Below, piece by piece: positions 59,408-64,000 of a stretch of DNA of 64,000 nt. Positions within the stretch are counted from its first letter, which is position 1. Every line of letters starts with the position of its first letter. The notes beneath the pieces were generated by a model that did no database searches, was not told where the DNA came from, and saw nothing but the letters and a program-made list of their open reading frames with translations. The stretch is from Nostoc sp. (GTDB taxonomy: Bacteria; Cyanobacteriota; Cyanobacteriia; Cyanobacteriales; Nostocaceae). A program made the position numbers and the translations under genes. The stretch is taken from contig JBALDB010000003.1 in assembly GCA_036918135.1 (NCBI GenBank), positions 1-64,000 on the forward strand, given 5' to 3'.

Positions 59408-62400
59408 ATGCATCTGCACTATTCGCACCCCCAACACCTTGAAGAATTAGTCAAGAGTAGTGGTATAGACTTACACTTAGTGCATCTCAATTTTCGGTCA
59501 CTCCAAGGTGTAACTGCTTATGAGTACTTGTTGATTTCTCAGCTACTTCCTCGCACTAATACGGGAATGGTAAAAAGTAGTTGGTTGCAGCGTTACGCTC
59601 ATATTACTGAAGGTGGTTGGTGGTGTTCAGGACTAGACCCCTTAAATAATTGGCAAATCATGGAATGGGGATGCTTTAAACCAAACCAACCTCGAAAAAA
59701 TAACAATGGCAAATTTATCAAATACGAGCATCCCCCCAGCACGCCAACGCGGGTATTTTGTTTGCGGGTAACACAGCAAGTCTGGCAGCAAGTTGCAGGG
59801 CGTTACAATCTGCTAATGCCTGATGATATGACTATTACCCCCGATGGCGAAGCTAGCGGTTTTTGGCAATGGGTGATAGAAAAGAATATTCCTGTGATTA
59901 TCTGCGAGGGTGTGAAGAAAGCAGCAGCGCTACTGACACAAGGATATGCAGCTATTGGTGTTCCTGGAATTACCAGTGGTTATCGGGTTATCAAAGATGA
60001 ATTTGGTAAAATCACCCGTCGCCAGCTAATTCCTGACTTAGCCGCCTTGGCGATGACAAAGCGTCGCTTTTATATTTGCTTTGATTTTGAAACTCAGCCG
60101 AAAAAAATTGCTGCTATAAATAATGCCATTTCTCAACTTGGTTGTTTACTCCAGCAAAAAAATTGCCCTGTTAAAGTTATCGAACTTCCAGGAACAGAAA
60201 AAGGCGTTGATGATTTTATTATTGCCAAAGGTGCAAGTAATTTTGAGAAACTTTATCGTCAAAGTCTTGATTTAGAAATTTATCTTGCCCAAACCAAACT
60301 CCACACCGAATTAAGTATTCCTGCTACATTAACTTTTGACCGTCCTTACATAGGCGAAATACTTTTGCCAACCTCTGGATTAGTAGGAGTAAAATCAGCA
60401 AAAGGAACAGGTAAAACTACAGCATTACAAAGTGTTTTACAGCGAGCAAAAAATAGAAATCAACCTATTTTATTAATTACTCATAGAATTCTACTTGGAC
60501 GATTTTTGTGTGAAAAAATTGGTATCCAATGGGGACTAGGAATGAGTGACTGGGAATTAAATAATAATTTTCTCAATCACCAATACTCAATTCCCAAATC
60601 TTTTGGTTTATGCGTTGATTCAATTTGGAAATTAAATCCTGAAGATTGGTATGGGGCAATAGTAGTTTTGGATGAAGTCGAACAAACTTTATGGCATCTA
60701 CTAAATAGTAATACTTGTAAAAATAAGCGGATCAAAATATTAAAATTATTTCAACAACTAATTGCTACAGTTTTAACAACCGGAGGATTAGTAATTGCTC
60801 AAGATGCTGACTTATCAGATGTTTCACTTGAATATTTACAAGGATTAGCAGGAATAAAATTAATACCTTGGATAGTTCTTAACGAGTGGAAACCTCGGCA
60901 AGGATGGGACGTTACTTTTTATGATTCACCGAATCCAACACCGCTAATTCATCAACTAGAACTAGATTTACTTGCTGGGCGTAAATGTTATGTCACTACT
61001 GATAGTCGTGCTGGGCGTTACAGTTGTGAAACCATAGAACGTTATTTAAAAGAACGGTTACAAAAATTAAGACAACAGTTTCCTCAAACTTTAGTAGTTA
61101 GCAGTCACACTACAAACACACCAGGTCACGCAGCAGTAGATTTTATTGCAGCTATTAATCAAAAAATCTCTGAATATGATGGTGTTTTTGTTACCCCTAG
61201 TCTTGGTACGGGAATTAGTATTGATGTTCAACATTTCGACCGAGTTTATGGGATTTTTCAAGGTGTAATTCCTGACTCGGAAGCACGACAGGCATTAGCA
61301 AGAGTGCGAGATAATGTACCGCGTATTGTCTGGTGCGCTAAGCGAGGTGTTGGTTTAATTGGAAGTGGTAGTACAAATTATCGTTTGCTATCTGACTGGT
61401 ATCAAGAAAATCAAAAAGAAAATTTAGCTTTGCTCAGTCCATTACATAAAATAGATGTGGATTTACCTTTAGTTCATGACCCAATTCATTTGCGAACATG
61501 GGCAAAATTATCTGCTAAAGTAAACGCATCGATTCGCCTCTACCGTCAATCAATGCAAGATGGTTTAATTGCTGACGGACATATGATTAAAATGCGAAGT
61601 AATGCAGTTCATAATAATATTATACGAGATTTGCGCCTTGCCTTCTTAGCAACTGAGCCGAATGATTTCGCAACTCGTAAGAAATTAATTTTAGAAATTA
61701 TCAAAGTCCAAAAAGATTGGGTACAAAGCCGACAAAAAGCTAAAGATATTAAATATAAAATTAAAGAAATTAAACAACAAAATCAATTAATATCTGCAAA
61801 ATCTGTAGCTAACGCTAAAGATATCGATTATGTAGAATATGAGCGGCTATTAATTAAACATTCTTTGACTGATGAAGAACGCAACCAAATTAATAAATAT
61901 GTTCTCAGACAAAAATATGGAATAGAAGTTACTCCTGCGCTGAAATTACAGGACGACCAAGGATATTATACTCAATTATTATTTCACTATTATCTGATTC
62001 ATGAAAGCGAGTATTTTAATATTAGAGATTGGCAAGAATGGTATCAGCAATTATCTTACGGTCAAGGAAAGGTTTTTCTACCAGATTTAAAGACTTACAC
62101 TCTAAAAGTTGAGGCAATGAGAGCTTTAGGTATATTGCAATTCCTGGAAATAGGACGAGAATTTACAGAAAATAATACTGAGTTAATTTTATTAAAAAAT
62201 GTTGCTTTTCAGTATAGTAAGCATATTAAAAGAGTACTTGGTATTAGTTTCTTTGGAAACAAAGAACAACTTTGGGGAATTAAAATACTCACCCGATTAT
62301 TAAATTTGTTAGGGTTAAAACTCAAGCGAGTAAATGAAGTTTATCAAATCGATTCAGCAACATTAAATGATGGTAGAGAAAAAATATTTGCAGTTTGGCA

Positions 62401-62551
62401 TCAACGAGATGAATTGATGTTGGCTCATGTTAAGAGCGGTGGCTATAGAGTAGCTGATTATTCACCATTCAAGACAGAGATTATCGAAACCAAGTCTGAG
62501 AGGGTAGATTGGAGATTATCTACGCCTAGTCTCCCGTTATCTAAAATATGA
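59408..62551 (+). CDS. CyRepA1-family replication protein (DUF3854 primase-like + origin-binding SF2 helicase-like)
   Basis: IKYEHPP, IICEGVKKA, ICFDFE, KGVDD (TOPRIM-like); KSAKGTGKT; LDEVEQ; TPSLGTGISID; QALARVR. Confidence 0.85.
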   Translation: MHLHYSHPQHLEELVKSSGIDLHLVHLNFRSLQGVTAYEYLLISQLLPRTNTGMVKSSWLQRYAHITEGGWWCSGLDPLNNWQIMEWGCFKPNQPRKNNNGKFIKYEHPPSTPTRVFCLRVTQQVWQQVAGRYNLLMPDDMTITPDGEASGFWQWVIEKNIPVIICEGVKKAAALLTQGYAAIGVPGITSGYRVIKDEFGKITRRQLIPDLAALAMTKRRFYICFDFETQPKKIAAINNAISQLGCLLQQKNCPVKVIELPGTEKGVDDFIIAKGASNFEKLYRQSLDLEIYLAQTKLHTELSIPATLTFDRPYIGEILLPTSGLVGVKSAKGTGKTTALQSVLQRAKNRNQPILLITHRILLGRFLCEKIGIQWGLGMSDWELNNNFLNHQYSIPKSFGLCVDSIWKLNPEDWYGAIVVLDEVEQTLWHLLNSNTCKNKRIKILKLFQQLIATVLTTGGLVIAQDADLSDVSLEYLQGLAGIKLIPWIVLNEWKPRQGWDVTFYDSPNPTPLIHQLELDLLAGRKCYVTTDSRAGRYSCETIERYLKERLQKLRQQFPQTLVVSSHTTNTPGHAAVDFIAAINQKISEYDGVFVTPSLGTGISIDVQHFDRVYGIFQGVIPDSEARQALARVRDNVPRIVWCAKRGVGLIGSGSTNYRLLSDWYQENQKENLALLSPLHKIDVDLPLVHDPIHLRTWAKLSAKVNASIRLYRQSMQDGLIADGHMIKMRSNAVHNNIIRDLRLAFLATEPNDFATRKKLILEIIKVQKDWVQSRQKAKDIKYKIKEIKQQNQLISAKSVANAKDIDYVEYERLLIKHSLTDEERNQINKYVLRQKYGIEVTPALKLQDDQGYYTQLLFHYYLIHESEYFNIRDWQEWYQQLSYGQGKVFLPDLKTYTLKVEAMRALGILQFLEIGREFTENNTELILLKNVAFQYSKHIKRVLGISFFGNKEQLWGIKILTRLLNLLGLKLKRVNEVYQIDSATLNDGREKIFAVWHQRDELMLAHVKSGGYRVADYSPFKTEIIETKSERVDWRLSTPSLPLSKI

Positions 62552-62563
62552 GAACCTTTAATA

Positions 62564-62657
62564 GGGGAACTCCAACAAATAAATTATTCCGTTTGAAGTT
62601 GATGACTGTTGACTGTTGAGTGTAAATAGTGGGATATTTTTTATAAAGGAAGTTCCT
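62564..62657. mobile_element. MITE family A copy
   Basis: GGGAACTCCAACAAATAAATTATTCC...GGGATATTTTTT..GGAAGTTCC. Confidence 0.65.
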
Positions 62658-63095
62658 AACCGCTTAAGAAATGCTTTCAAACTCAGGTTGGGTATGGGAA
62701 TCGTTCTTTAACAGTTGGCAGACAAACTAGTTGAGAACGGAGCGGGTAGTGAACTGTGCCAAATCAACTTTTGGCAGTACTCACCAAAATCGAAATTAAC
62801 GGTCGTTTATCTGATAAATCCTATAGGTAATGAAATTGCCTCTTACAAGGACACGCTTAAAAGTAAAGTTGATACCTCCGGTAAACACCTACTCAAGGTT
62901 AAGCACTTGCAAACTAAGCTAATATCCACAGTTGCCAATGTTCTGTTTCGTAAGTTGTTGAGAGCTTGCGCCAAACAAACCCCATTGGTTAATGACTTAT
63001 GACTAATTACTAATGACAATCTCCCAATAGTGGGGGGTTGTAAAATGATTTAATACTTTAGAGTGAAATTAAATATATAAAAGAGCAATTTTCAA

Positions 63096-63566
63096 ATGAC
63101 CATTTACTTTTATAAGGCTTGGCAGCCTTATGGCTGTTTTTCTAACTTTTCTTTCCATGCAATCTACATCCAGGGTACTTACTGGGCAACGGTTGAGCAT
63201 TATTATCAAGCGCAAAAGTTTGTTGGCAGTACGGATGCAATAATTATACCTTTCATTCATGCCGCCCCTACTCCCGAAGAAGCTGCTGCTTTGGGAAGAT
63301 GTACTACTCGCCAATTACGTGGAGACTGGGATTTGGTCAAAACTCAAGTGATGCGAGAAGCTGTACTCAAAAAGTTTCTCACTCATGCTGATATTAGAGA
63401 AGTTCTTTTGAGAACAGGCGATGAGATGTTGGTTGAAAACTCCCCAACCGATTATTTTTGGGGTTGTGGCGCTAATAAAACCGGTCAAAACCATCTCGGT
63501 AAAATTCTCATAAGTGTTCGTGAAGAAATCCGTAAGTTACTATCTTTAACAGTAATTTACGAATAA
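63096..63566 (+). CDS. NADAR (YbiA-like) family protein
   Basis: YGCFSNF, TVEHYYQAQKF, LVENSPTDYFWGCG..G.NHLG. Confidence 0.92.
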   Translation: MTIYFYKAWQPYGCFSNFSFHAIYIQGTYWATVEHYYQAQKFVGSTDAIIIPFIHAAPTPEEAAALGRCTTRQLRGDWDLVKTQVMREAVLKKFLTHADIREVLLRTGDEMLVENSPTDYFWGCGANKTGQNHLGKILISVREEIRKLLSLTVIYE

Positions 63567-64000
63567 TTTAATTAAAAAAGTTACATTTTACATAAAATCA
63601 GTAATTCAACGGGGAATAGCTAAATTTCCCCAGTTAAAAACCTTTGAAAGAGTTATTAATAATTAATTATTGAGCGGTAAAAATCTTATTTAATTGGCTT
63701 GATGGGTACAAATGGTAAAAAATATTATTAATTTTAGGCAATTATTAAGTTAGTAAGTTGAGTAATATTACTGAAATAATTTAATGATTGAGAATATAAA
63801 ATTAATAGGTATCAATGATTAAAATTTTCTGAAAAATAAATTTAGGAGTAAAAATGTAACATAGTTGTAATTATATGATTGAGTCAACATTTTCCTAAAA
63901 CTTTTATGAAATATCGTTATTCAGCACAATATCTGATATTTCTAAAATATTCTCTGATACATTCAAAGATATTTGCAATAAGCAATTGTATGGCCAGATC

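Noticed and set aside
58940..64000. HIP1-free stretch as evidence of recent horizontal transfer
   Set aside because: Gaps of similar length (about 4-5 kb by eye) occur elsewhere in the window, so it is not distinctive

Overview
A 64-kb chromosomal segment, most likely from a heterocyst-forming cyanobacterium of the Nostoc/Nostocales type. This is supported by frequent HIP1 (GCGATCGC) sites, heptamer tandem repeats, psaM, an rca/ALC gene with a RbcS-like C-terminal domain, crtO and pcxA. Housekeeping genes are interleaved with accessory modules: (1) an McrBC pair whose McrB has an atypical N-terminal domain; (2) a compact cluster at about 15.8-25.4 kb with a ThDP-dependent acyloin-synthase-like enzyme (ScyA/CybE-like), a non-canonical KAS III (CybF-like), a PEP-CTERM-like GDSL esterase, a decayed methyltransferase, an HTH-NB-ARC-WD40 STAND protein and two duplicated RHH proteins, which is my best candidate for an undescribed small-molecule synthesis and sensing system; (3) a Ser/Thr kinase, an output-less heme-c DUF3365-HAMP protein and an orphan PhnD-like lipoprotein; (4) a TonB receptor/AraC iron-uptake locus with Fur-like boxes; (5) a CyRepA1-type primase-helicase followed by a NADAR gene. 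At least seven gene remnants, several not visible in the ORF track, and many MITE/SDR-type repeats, some nested, indicate local gene decay. I saw no rRNA, tRNA or CRISPR array. All family assignments come from motif recognition by eye, not from database searches.
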